A stretch of DNA of 64,000 bases from IMG/VR virus record IMGVR_UViG_3300042539_000668, positions 4,002 through 68,001 of that record, one strand, 5' to 3'. The position numbers were made by a program, and so were the translations under genes. Positions 16,887 through 24,986 of the stretch are shown here, in pieces. This stretch comes from a virus. The stretch's first letter is position 1, and each line of letters opens with the position of its first letter. Under the pieces are notes generated by a model that was not told the origin of the DNA, made no database searches, and was given only the letters and a program-made list of their open reading frames with translations.

Positions 16887-17306
16887 ATGAACGCTCAACA
16901 GAAAGACCGTGACCTCGCCCAGCGCATCTTCGGCCCCATCGTTGCCAACGTAGACCAGTGCGACCGCATCGCCCGCACCCTGCGCCGGGCGCAGATGACC
17001 CTGCACCGCTGGGACGAAATGCTCTGCGGCACGGAATCAGGTAGCATCGAAGAAGCCGTTGGCCCTGATGGCCTGACATACTACATCTACCGCCCTGCCG
17101 GGTGGATGACCTCGGCTGGATGGGTGCAGCCCAAGGGTAGGCCCATTGCAGACCGCCGCAGCGGTGCCATCAAGCGGGTCATCATGGCCTGCTGGCAAAC
17201 GAACCTGCACTACTACCACCAGCCCGACCCGCGTGGATGCTCCCTCTATGTGAGCAGCACCCCGCTCAATGCCGAGAACTACACCAACGGAACCCCCTGC
17301 ATCTAA
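16887..17306 (+). CDS. Early hypothetical protein
   Basis: 139 aa with a QPDPRGCSLY motif. Confidence 0.75.
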   Translation: MNAQQKDRDLAQRIFGPIVANVDQCDRIARTLRRAQMTLHRWDEMLCGTESGSIEEAVGPDGLTYYIYRPAGWMTSAGWVQPKGRPIADRRSGAIKRVIMACWQTNLHYYHQPDPRGCSLYVSSTPLNAENYTNGTPCI

Positions 17307-17349
17307 CCCCTTAGCGAACAATCACTAACCCTCAACACCCCCAACACCC

Positions 17350-17565
17350 ATGGTAACTTTTGGAAACGCACCACGCTCAGACTTTGAAGAACTGCTGCAA
17401 GAACGCGCCAAGATGCGCGATGCCCTGCAAGCCGTATGGAACAGCAACAGGCTTAACAAGACCATGCTGCTGGGCGATGTAGGCCTTGCCCCCGATGGCA
17501 AGGTCACGGGCAAGTACCTCGACCCCCTGACCCAACAGGTTTACGAAACTCTCAACTCTCTCTAA
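17350..17565 (+). CDS. Early hypothetical protein
   Basis: 71 aa. Confidence 0.7.
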   Translation: MVTFGNAPRSDFEELLQERAKMRDALQAVWNSNRLNKTMLLGDVGLAPDGKVTGKYLDPLTQQVYETLNSL

Positions 17566-17576
17566 CACCCAACACC

Positions 17577-17858
17577 ATGATCAAGCTTCAGAAGGAAGTT
17601 GGCCTTGTCACGCCAACCATCAACATCAACGGGAGCGATGCCCGTGACCTGATGGATGCCCTCGACAATGCGATGCTCGCTCTGCACGATGCGTCCAAGT
17701 CATTGAGCAAATGCTCACCTCATGGCCGTGACTACTATTTGCAGGGGCCGGATGCGATCGGCCATGCCATCCGCCAGCACGTCAGTCGTATGCAGAGACT
17801 CGCTGACATTAGCACCGAGTTGATGACCATCTCTCTTTGCATTGCCGACCAGCGGTAA
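17577..17858 (+). CDS. Early hypothetical protein
   Basis: 93 aa with PTININGS and PHGRDYY motifs. Confidence 0.75.
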   Translation: MIKLQKEVGLVTPTININGSDARDLMDALDNAMLALHDASKSLSKCSPHGRDYYLQGPDAIGHAIRQHVSRMQRLADISTELMTISLCIADQR

Positions 17859-17963
17859 TTGTTGATAACTTTCTCTTGATAGGTACAAACCACTTTGTAC
17901 CTTTGCAACTCAACCAACGGGGGGAGCGCATCCGCAACGCTCAACACTAACACCTGTAGTACC

Positions 17964-18848
17964 ATGACAACTTTCGAGCAGACCTTCGCACTTTTGGAGA
18001 AGACCGGACTGAACTGGACCGTCAACAAGTTGCCCCTGTACGGGCCTGACGGGCAGCAGACCAGCAGCTACGGCATCTTTAGGAACGAGACCAACCAGCA
18101 CCTCGGCACGGTAGGCCCGCGCTATGTCCCCTTGCAGAACCACGAACTCGCCGAGACCATCATCGATGCCTGCGAAGGGGTCGGGATTCAGGCGACAAAG
18201 GGTGGCGTGTTCAACGATGGCCGCAAGGTCTACCTTCAGGCCGCCCTGCCTGACGTGGTCATCGACCGCTCTCCGCTGAAGCGTTTCATCACGGGCATCA
18301 ACTCGCATGATGGCTCCACCGCCATAGCGTTCGGCAGCACGAACACCAACATCATCTGCATGAACACGTTCCATATGGCGTACAAGGACGGGGCGATGAC
18401 GAAGTACCGCCACGGGGCCAGCGCGTTGGAGCGCATCAAGACCGCGATGATGCAGATCAAGGCCACGATGGCTGGTGACCAGTTGCTGATGGACAACTTC
18501 TCACGCATGGCCGATGCCAAGTTGACCGAGGAGGCAACGCAGGCCATCCTGACCACCATCTTCAAGCGCGGGTTCGGCCTCGACCCCAAGGACGAGTTGT
18601 CCACCCGGCGCAGGAACCAGCTGATCGGCCTCAACAACTCCATCGAGCGGGAGTTGGCTGACCAAGGTGCCACCCTGTGGGGGCTGTTCAACGGCATCAC
18701 CCGCTACACCAACCACGTTGCCGCTCCCAGCGGGCAGAAGGATGAGTACGTCATGGACGGCGCGGGGTACGACCTCAACCTCGTCGGGTTCGACGCGATC
18801 ATGGCGTGGGTCGAGAAGAACACCGCCAAGCAGTACGTCTTCGCCTAA
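17964..18848 (+). CDS. DUF932 (TIGR03299-like) family protein
   Basis: GLNWTV, LGTVG.RY.PLQN, NSHDGS, ICMNT, RH, TLWGLFNG.T.Y..H motifs. Confidence 0.85.
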   Translation: MTTFEQTFALLEKTGLNWTVNKLPLYGPDGQQTSSYGIFRNETNQHLGTVGPRYVPLQNHELAETIIDACEGVGIQATKGGVFNDGRKVYLQAALPDVVIDRSPLKRFITGINSHDGSTAIAFGSTNTNIICMNTFHMAYKDGAMTKYRHGASALERIKTAMMQIKATMAGDQLLMDNFSRMADAKLTEEATQAILTTIFKRGFGLDPKDELSTRRRNQLIGLNNSIERELADQGATLWGLFNGITRYTNHVAAPSGQKDEYVMDGAGYDLNLVGFDAIMAWVEKNTAKQYVFA

Positions 18849-18896
18849 CACTAACCGCCCCCGGCAATAGGGCCGGGGGCATAACACTCAAGAACG

Positions 18897-19181
18897 ATGG
18901 AACACACAACACAAGCCATGAGAGCAGCACTTGAGATTGCTGCAACCGTCAGCCCCAATGTCTGCCGATGGGTTGTTCGCCAAGGTCGCAACACAGCGGG
19001 AACCCCATGCTTCCCCGAACTGACCACGGAGAGCCACATTAACGCAGAACTGGCGCAGAAGATTCAAGAAATCTGCGATAGGTACGAGTGCCGATACTCT
19101 GCCATGCCCGTGCAGATTGGCACAACCTTCACCGGTAAGCCCTTCTTGGGCATCACTTACACGATTGTCAATCTTAAGTAA
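18897..19181 (+). CDS. Early hypothetical protein
   Basis: 94 aa. Confidence 0.7.
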   Translation: MEHTTQAMRAALEIAATVSPNVCRWVVRQGRNTAGTPCFPELTTESHINAELAQKIQEICDRYECRYSAMPVQIGTTFTGKPFLGITYTIVNLK

Positions 19182-19193
19182 CACCCAACACCC

Positions 19194-19469
19194 ATGAACA
19201 GCAACGACAACTTTGATGCCCTTTGGGACAATTTCCGCACCGCTGTGGCCGAGGCTCGCACCCCAGTTACTGTGCATCAACCACCCACCGTGCTGACCTT
19301 GCGGACCAAGAAAGGCCCATCCGCAAGCAGCGACTACCACCACGAAACCTCCATTGAAGTCTGCAAGGACTCGATTATGATGGTTCGCGGCGGTGCGCTG
19401 ATGCGGTGCCATCTCAGCCGCGAAGAAGCCCTGCAACTTGCCGCCAACCTCGTAGCCATTCACTCCTAA
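19194..19469 (+). CDS. Early hypothetical protein
   Basis: 91 aa. Confidence 0.7.
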   Translation: MNSNDNFDALWDNFRTAVAEARTPVTVHQPPTVLTLRTKKGPSASSDYHHETSIEVCKDSIMMVRGGALMRCHLSREEALQLAANLVAIHS

Positions 19470-19481
19470 CACCTAACACCC

Positions 19482-19691
19482 ATGTCCAACCACATCAACA
19501 TCAAGCAGCGGCATGGTCTGCCGACCAGCATCAGCGTTACCACCTACAGCCACCGCGATGACCAAGCGATGATGCACGTCAGTTCTATGCACTTCAGCGC
19601 GTTCTGCCACGACCTGACCGCTGAAAACCTGCGCGAACTTGCCGCCATCTGCATTGCCACCGCCGATAAACTTGAAACCCCAGCACAATGA
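19482..19691 (+). CDS. Early hypothetical protein
   Basis: 69 aa. Confidence 0.7.
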   Translation: MSNHINIKQRHGLPTSISVTTYSHRDDQAMMHVSSMHFSAFCHDLTAENLRELAAICIATADKLETPAQ

Positions 19692-20116
19692 GAACCATCA
19701 CATCCATCGCCATCCTGCTCACCACGATGGCACAAGCACAGGTGACCAACGTCCTGACCGACCTCGGCAAGAGCCACAGCCCTGACATCAACACCGATGC
19801 GTGGTACGTGCAGGGTAAATCTGCCATCCTGCTCAAGAGTTCCACACCAGTAGGCGTGATGCAGACCGTGAACGAATGGGTTGACATCATGGTGGCCGTG
19901 GAGAACAACTACCAGCACATCAAGCAGGTCAAGAAAGAAGTACTGCTCCCCTCCTACTGCGATGGCATCAAGGACTATGGTTGCGTCAGCACAGCCCTGC
20001 GGGCAGAGAGCGCACAGATACTCGTGCGTGACGTGTTCACAACTGGTCAAGACACCATGACACTCGTCCTCAAGATGGGTAAGGATTACAGCAGCGTGAC
20101 CTTGGTAGGATGGTAA
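19688..20116 (+). CDS. Exported hypothetical protein
   Basis: Signal peptide MRTITSIAILLTTMAQA-Q (Bacteroidota-style Gln after the cleavage site). Confidence 0.7.
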   Translation: MRTITSIAILLTTMAQAQVTNVLTDLGKSHSPDINTDAWYVQGKSAILLKSSTPVGVMQTVNEWVDIMVAVENNYQHIKQVKKEVLLPSYCDGIKDYGCVSTALRAESAQILVRDVFTTGQDTMTLVLKMGKDYSSVTLVGW

Positions 20117-20164
20117 CACTAACAGCCCCCGGCCATATGGGCTGGGGGCATAACATCAACACCC

Positions 20165-20659
20165 ATGAACAAGCAAGAAGCACTCGACATACTTGAGCCT
20201 CTCAAGTGGTCACCCAACAAAATAGGTACTGCGTTCGACAGCGCCGAGAACTTCATCGGAGAACACGCAGAGGGGTACATCATCATGGCCCAGCACCGCG
20301 ACAGCGACAGCCTGTCCCGTAGCAACTGGGAGGTGGCTGTGAAGATGTTCCCCGATGCAAAGGTGGTGCGCTACCGCCATTGGCTGGTGGGCTGGACAGA
20401 GCAACTGCTCCTGTCCCTCGATGCATCCGAAGAGGAACTGATCAGGGCAGCGCAGATGCGCGAAGACCTCGATGACTACCCCGTGTTGGATGAACAGCAT
20501 TGGAGCGAACTGGAGTACAGCGATGCGTGGGAGTATTGGGAGAGCCTGTCCCTGCGTGAGCGCATCGAACTCTGCTCCCACCACCGCGTGTCCATCTTCG
20601 CCGCCCGCCGGGATGAACTCCCCGAAACACCCACCGGAGAACTCTGCACCTACAACTAA
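20165..20659 (+). CDS. Conserved phage hypothetical protein
   Basis: HRDSD.LSRSNW...HWLVGWTE...L.DYPVLDE pattern. Confidence 0.75.
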   Translation: MNKQEALDILEPLKWSPNKIGTAFDSAENFIGEHAEGYIIMAQHRDSDSLSRSNWEVAVKMFPDAKVVRYRHWLVGWTEQLLLSLDASEEELIRAAQMREDLDDYPVLDEQHWSELEYSDAWEYWESLSLRERIELCSHHRVSIFAARRDELPETPTGELCTYN

Positions 20660-20709
20660 TGTTGAAAAATCGTGCAAGCAAATGAGCAGCAGCATCTATA
20701 TTTGCCCCC

Positions 20710-20992
20710 ACGTTCTTTCAGACATAGCGGTTTCCCTGACCACCGCGCCCGAACATTCAGGCAAGATAAAAGGTCAGCACACCGGAGCGTCCAACGTCAT
20801 AAACCCCTGCGCTGTCCTACCAGCCGACAACAGGGTGCCCATGCTCGTGAGAGTTCACAGCACGTTGGTCAGGCATCACAGGGCGATGCAGTCTCAAGGG
20901 TGGATGGTGGTTTTGCCACCTGCAACCTATAAAGGCCAAGTTTGCGAAAGCAAGACCCCCACGGAATACATGGGCATAGGGCTGGGTGTGTC
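20710..20992 (+). ncRNA. Candidate structured ncRNA / 5' leader
   Basis: Follows TATATTTG (~20697); nested long-range helices and tetraloop hairpins; no phage-like ORF. Confidence 0.5.
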
Positions 20993-21014
20993 AAATAACC
21001 AAACTCAACAGACA

Positions 21015-21239
21015 ATGAACATCACCAACGACCAACCGAAGTACTATCGTGACGGGTACAACGACCAAGACAACAGCTACACCGAGTACCTTGAATGGAG
21101 GTATCTCAAGCAGAGCTGGGTCATGGAGCGCATCGCCATGCTGGCAATGCAGATGACCGAGCCGGGTATCTCCGAGCGCAGCAAGCAACTTGGTAGCGCC
21201 CGCATAGGGATGATGCTCTATGCGATGGAGAACTATTAG
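21015..21239 (+). CDS. Hypothetical protein
   Basis: 74 aa from the ATG after an A/C-rich leader. Confidence 0.65.
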   Translation: MNITNDQPKYYRDGYNDQDNSYTEYLEWRYLKQSWVMERIAMLAMQMTEPGISERSKQLGSARIGMMLYAMENY

Positions 21240-21265
21240 TGCCAACTTGTTCTATCTTTGGCCCC

Positions 21266-21499
21266 ATGCCAAAGACATACAGACCAGACCTAATACTCCG
21301 AGTGAACAAACTACGCCATGGCATCGAGCCTCAACCGTTCGCTGCTCTTGCCATAGCGATGCCATCACTAAAGGAACTCGCACCGAAATGCAGACGCATC
21401 CTCTGTCGTAAGGTGTACCCCGGTGATGTCCCACTAATCGAGCGAATGGAACAAGCAAAACTCAAACTGGATGAACTACAAAATGATGTGGCGCGATAA
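21266..21499 (+). CDS. Hypothetical, possible DNA-binding protein (leaderless; first gene of the replication operon)
   Basis: TATCTTTG 21253-21260, 5-nt gap, ATG. Confidence 0.65.
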   Translation: MPKTYRPDLILRVNKLRHGIEPQPFAALAIAMPSLKELAPKCRRILCRKVYPGDVPLIERMEQAKLKLDELQNDVAR

Positions 21500-21665
21500 G
21501 CGCAACCCTTCTTCATGGGGAGAGGGCAGGAGCGTGTCAAATGAAGACACAGCGTTCAAAATCTGCAAGAAGAACAACGAACTCTTCCCCGAATACGAAC
21601 ACTGGTACGAAGTACAAACAACTAAAAACCGCAAAGACAATGGCACGAGGGAGCAACAACAATGA
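21483..21665 (+). CDS. Hypothetical protein
   Basis: 60 aa overlapping both neighbours. Confidence 0.55.
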   Translation: MMWRDKRNPSSWGEGRSVSNEDTAFKICKKNNELFPEYEHWYEVQTTKNRKDNGTREQQQ

Positions 21666-22290
21666 AGGGAGCGCAGTATACCTGCGTATCGCCGATGGTA
21701 TGATTGTGGAACAAGTGGAGCAGGGTACTGCTGGTGCAGTTGCCCGTACCACCAAGCCCACCGATGAACACCCCAACGGACGCACCGTATGGGAACGCCG
21801 TGATCAGTATGTGGAGGGCATGATCATCTCAATGTTCCGTAAGGAGCGGGAGTACAAGGGCGAGAAGATCAACAGCCTTGCCATCCGCCTGAAGGATGTC
21901 GATGAAGTGTACCAACTGGAACTCAACGAAGGGAACCGCTACTGGTCTTCGTTCATGCTCCGCCTGCCCAACCTCGACCTTGGCCGTAGTGTGCGCTTCG
22001 CACCCTATGACTTCACCGACAAGGAAGGCCGCAGGGTGGTGGGCATGAACCTGCTGCAAGGTCTGTCCAAGGTGCAGCCCAAGTGGACGAAGGATGCCCC
22101 CGGTGACCTTCCCCAAGGCCGCAAGGTGCGCGTCAACGGCAAGGACGTGTGGGACTTTGAAGACCGCGACAAGCACCTGCTGGCGGTCATGCAGAAGATC
22201 GCTGACAAGATGCGCTCCGCTGATACGGCCATCGAAGGGGCCAAGCATGAGCCTGTCCTTGCCAGCGACGAAGACGATTTACCCTTCTGA
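21640..22290 (+). CDS. ssb: Single-stranded DNA-binding protein
   Basis: 216 aa, beta-rich, acidic tail SDEDDLPF. Confidence 0.7.
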   Translation: MARGSNNNEGSAVYLRIADGMIVEQVEQGTAGAVARTTKPTDEHPNGRTVWERRDQYVEGMIISMFRKEREYKGEKINSLAIRLKDVDEVYQLELNEGNRYWSSFMLRLPNLDLGRSVRFAPYDFTDKEGRRVVGMNLLQGLSKVQPKWTKDAPGDLPQGRKVRVNGKDVWDFEDRDKHLLAVMQKIADKMRSADTAIEGAKHEPVLASDEDDLPF

Positions 22291-22511
22291 TGCTGTTAAA
22301 GGTTACCCGCGTCGAGGTAATTGATGAGCATGGACGTAGCGTTGTGTGCCACGCCGACGAAGGCTCTGTTGGGCTTGAGTTGGCTGGCAACACGCTGTCC
22401 ATTACGCTCACGCGAACTAAATTCAAAACAAGCAACAATGAACATAGAATGGTGGAAACTGAGCAAGAGGGCCAAAAGTGTCCTGCTCAATCGCGGAATC
22501 ACGACCGTTGA
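22290..22511 (+). CDS. Hypothetical protein
   Basis: KVTRVEVIDEHGRS; coupled to ssb. Confidence 0.55.
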   Translation: MLLKVTRVEVIDEHGRSVVCHADEGSVGLELAGNTLSITLTRTKFKTSNNEHRMVETEQEGQKCPAQSRNHDR

Positions 22512-22794
22512 ACAGCTCAAGGCAATGAGCGCAGATGACTTCAAGAAAATTGAAGGACTTGGGAAGATTACGCAGCACGACATCGAAGACTACTTGAGCG
22601 AATTGTCAGAGACTGAGCAGCCCAAGCAAGACCTGACCCAGCTGCGTGACCACTTCGCAGGGCTGGCGATGTCAATCGCAATGCATCAAGCACTGGGAAC
22701 TATAACCGACGAAGAATCTGCGAGTGCAATGGAATTGGTTCCAAAACTTGCATATGCAATGGCCGATGCCATGCTTAAAGCGCGAAGCAAATGA
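22438..22794 (+). CDS. RNA polymerase alpha-CTD-like domain protein
   Basis: LSKRAKSVLLNRGITTVEQL..MS.DDFKKIEGLGK...DI, followed by a LRDHFAG.AM...AY.MADAMLKAR domain. Confidence 0.75.
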   Translation: MNIEWWKLSKRAKSVLLNRGITTVEQLKAMSADDFKKIEGLGKITQHDIEDYLSELSETEQPKQDLTQLRDHFAGLAMSIAMHQALGTITDEESASAMELVPKLAYAMADAMLKARSK

Positions 22795-23195
22795 ACATCA
22801 AGCAGACCATACAAGACATAGCCCTGACCGTGCAGAACGGGACGGCGAACCCCGCTGAAACCTACGCCCTGCTCTACGGCATCAGCAAGACCGTGGAGGA
22901 GTGCATGAGCATGATCAAAGAGTCGGCAATCGAAGAGGTTGCCAAGTACGGCAAGGAAGGGGTGACCCACTTCGGGTTGACCCTGAACACCAAGAGTGCG
23001 GGTGGCCGCTGGAACTACAAGAGCGTGGAGGTTCACAACGAACTCACCAAGAAACTCAAGGCAGTAGAGGAACTGGCGCAGACCGCCTACCGCACGGGAG
23101 GTGGCATCGCCGACTCTGACGGCCAGCTCATCCAGCCAGCCATGTATATGCCCGGAAGTGACACCATCGTTTGCACAAAAGCCAAGCACCCATGA
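22791..23195 (+). CDS. Hypothetical protein
   Basis: 134 aa, in operon. Confidence 0.75.
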   Translation: MNIKQTIQDIALTVQNGTANPAETYALLYGISKTVEECMSMIKESAIEEVAKYGKEGVTHFGLTLNTKSAGGRWNYKSVEVHNELTKKLKAVEELAQTAYRTGGGIADSDGQLIQPAMYMPGSDTIVCTKAKHP

Positions 23196-23440
23196 ACACC
23201 GAAGTAACCATTGAAACGTCCGTACCCCTGCCCCAGCGCAAGACGCGCACGGTAGCCCTGAACCCATACTGGGCCGCGTTGACGAAACTCAACGTGGGCG
23301 ATAGTTTTCTCATCCCCATCAAGAGCAGCTTGCAGAACACCATGTCGCAGGTGAGCAGGGCCAAGGGGAAGTACTGCCCCGACATGAAACTTTCATACGC
23401 AACAGAGGGCAATCAGATGCGGGTATGGAGAAAAGCCTGA
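23192..23440 (+). CDS. Small DNA-binding-like protein
   Basis: IE.SVPLP...Y....L.VGDSF.....RVWR pattern. Confidence 0.65.
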   Translation: MNTEVTIETSVPLPQRKTRTVALNPYWAALTKLNVGDSFLIPIKSSLQNTMSQVSRAKGKYCPDMKLSYATEGNQMRVWRKA

Positions 23441-23850
23441 CGATACGCAAGGAACTGGACAGGCTGATTGCAGAGACTCGCCGGGAACTACCTCCCGGCG
23501 ATCTCGTCCAGTTGCAGACCAACATCAGCGCACTGAAGTACACGCTTTCTACCTACCTTACAATGGCGGAGAAAAAAATGCTCCTCGCCAAGGAAGAGTA
23601 CGAAGTGCATACGCTCAAGGGCAGGCTGCTGCGTCAGGCCAAGGATGGCAAGATGTCTACAGCCCGCGCATCTGATGAGGTGGAGAGCGAAGATGTAACC
23701 AGCCAACTCCGCCTCAACCACATCGATGCCAAGGTTGAGTACTCTGCCCTAAAGAACCGCATCGACGCAGCGAAGGATGTCCTCGTTGCGATGTCGATGA
23801 GGATTAAAGGATTGGAACAAGAACAACGTGAATCACACCTACACACATGA
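23425..23850 (+). CDS. Coiled-coil protein (UvsY-like, tentative)
   Basis: 141 aa all-helical protein in the recombination/replication module. Confidence 0.5.
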   Translation: MEKSLTIRKELDRLIAETRRELPPGDLVQLQTNISALKYTLSTYLTMAEKKMLLAKEEYEVHTLKGRLLRQAKDGKMSTARASDEVESEDVTSQLRLNHIDAKVEYSALKNRIDAAKDVLVAMSMRIKGLEQEQRESHLHT

Positions 23851-23980
23851 GAGAAGCAGTCGTTCTTAACAGGATCAAGATTGGGGAGCGCATCCCCAAG
23901 CCAGCCATCAGGGTGAAGACAACCACCCCTGAAGGGTGGAACCCAAGCGACATCAAGTCTTACGCTCAAGCAGCAATGGC

Positions 23981-24445
23981 ATGGAGAAACAGATAACATA
24001 CGATGATGTGTACGATGCCGTACAGCAGGCGGCTGAACGATGCGGCATCACATACGACCTGACCGCGTTTCGTGGCAAGAGCCAAACGTATCCACTGGTG
24101 TCGGTTCGCAACAGCGTGGCGTTCATCCTGCGCTCAATGAACTGGCCGCTGTGCGCCGTAGGGAAAATCCTTGATCGCGACCACTCAACGATCATCTACT
24201 ACTGCCGTACCTACCCGGCGAAGGTAGAGACCGACCCAATGGTCAGCGCCATCTACACCAACTCCTGTGAGATACTGGGCATACCGCTCACGCTGAAGAC
24301 CTGCACACGGGTCAATAGCCCTGCCATCTACACCAAGAACAAGCCGAGGAAGAAGCCCGTGGATGAGGGCAGCTACATCACCCCGGTGAATTACACCGCG
24401 CAGGAGAGGAAGAAAATGAAAAGGGCATTGCGCTGCAAGTACTGA
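23981..24445 (+). CDS. DnaA domain IV (Bac_DnaA_C)-like HTH protein
   Basis: R..VAFILR....L..VGKILDRDHSTIIY motif. Confidence 0.75.
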   Translation: MEKQITYDDVYDAVQQAAERCGITYDLTAFRGKSQTYPLVSVRNSVAFILRSMNWPLCAVGKILDRDHSTIIYYCRTYPAKVETDPMVSAIYTNSCEILGIPLTLKTCTRVNSPAIYTKNKPRKKPVDEGSYITPVNYTAQERKKMKRALRCKY

Positions 24446-24446
24446 C

Positions 24447-24986
24447 ATGAAACTGGATGCCAAGTTCTATGTGCAGACAGCACATCTGTCACCCCATGAC
24501 CTTGGCGTACTGGTGAGGCTTATCATTGCTGGGCCGGGTGGGGATAACATCCCCACTCATCTCATCCCAATGCTTCAGAAGGTGTCCGAACTTTCCCGCA
24601 TCCGTAGTGCCGCAGGGAAGAAAGGAGGGAGACCAAAAAAGCAAAAGGAAAGCAAAAGGAAAGCAAAACCAGTACAGGTTGAAATCACCCCATCTGAAAC
24701 GCTCAAGGAGACCATCGTGTGGCCCCCTTGGGCAGGGCCAAAGGTCAAGCAGATGTGGGAGGACTTCAAGCAGCACAAGGCCGAGACCCATGGCAAAAAG
24801 TACAAGTCAATCAAGACCGAACAGAAGGCCATCAACCTACTCGCCCGTTACTTCAACAACGGGAAGACCTGCTACAGCGCACTTGAAACAGCCATCGCCC
24901 GTGGATGGATGTTCCCTGTGGACCCAAAAGAGTACAAGTACAGCGAAGAACAGCAACAGGTGATATTCACACCGGATGAAAATTGA
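24447..24986 (+). CDS. Replication initiator (DUF1376/YdaU-like N-terminus)
   Basis: T.HLS....GV.VRL, RS.AGKKGGRPKK, C-terminal W.DF..H(K)...I.RGW; lies directly upstream of DnaB; contains AAAGCAAAA repeats. Confidence 0.65.
   Translation: MKLDAKFYVQTAHLSPHDLGVLVRLIIAGPGGDNIPTHLIPMLQKVSELSRIRSAAGKKGGRPKKQKESKRKAKPVQVEITPSETLKETIVWPPWAGPKVKQMWEDFKQHKAETHGKKYKSIKTEQKAINLLARYFNNGKTCYSALETAIARGWMFPVDPKEYKYSEEQQQVIFTPDEN

Noticed and set aside
13316-17328. CRISPR or TIGR-type array from the repeated palindrome
   Set aside because: Copies are separated by whole genes at irregular 0.5-1.6 kb distances; no cas or Nop-domain gene was recognised.
13331-20695. Long minus-strand ORFs (e.g. 13331-14380, 16191-17006)
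   Set aside because: Shadows of C-ending codon bias in the plus-strand early genes; no protein-like features.
20829-20875. RNase P RNA or group II intron domain V resemblance
   Set aside because: Only short look-alike strings; no GAGGAAAGUCC/P4 partner and no proper AGC-triad DV geometry.
23881-23900. TTGGGG-AGCGCAT-CCCCAA resembling the GAGCG-CATCC motif
   Set aside because: It lacks the downstream stem partner and lies inside a probable small ORF (23847-23996).
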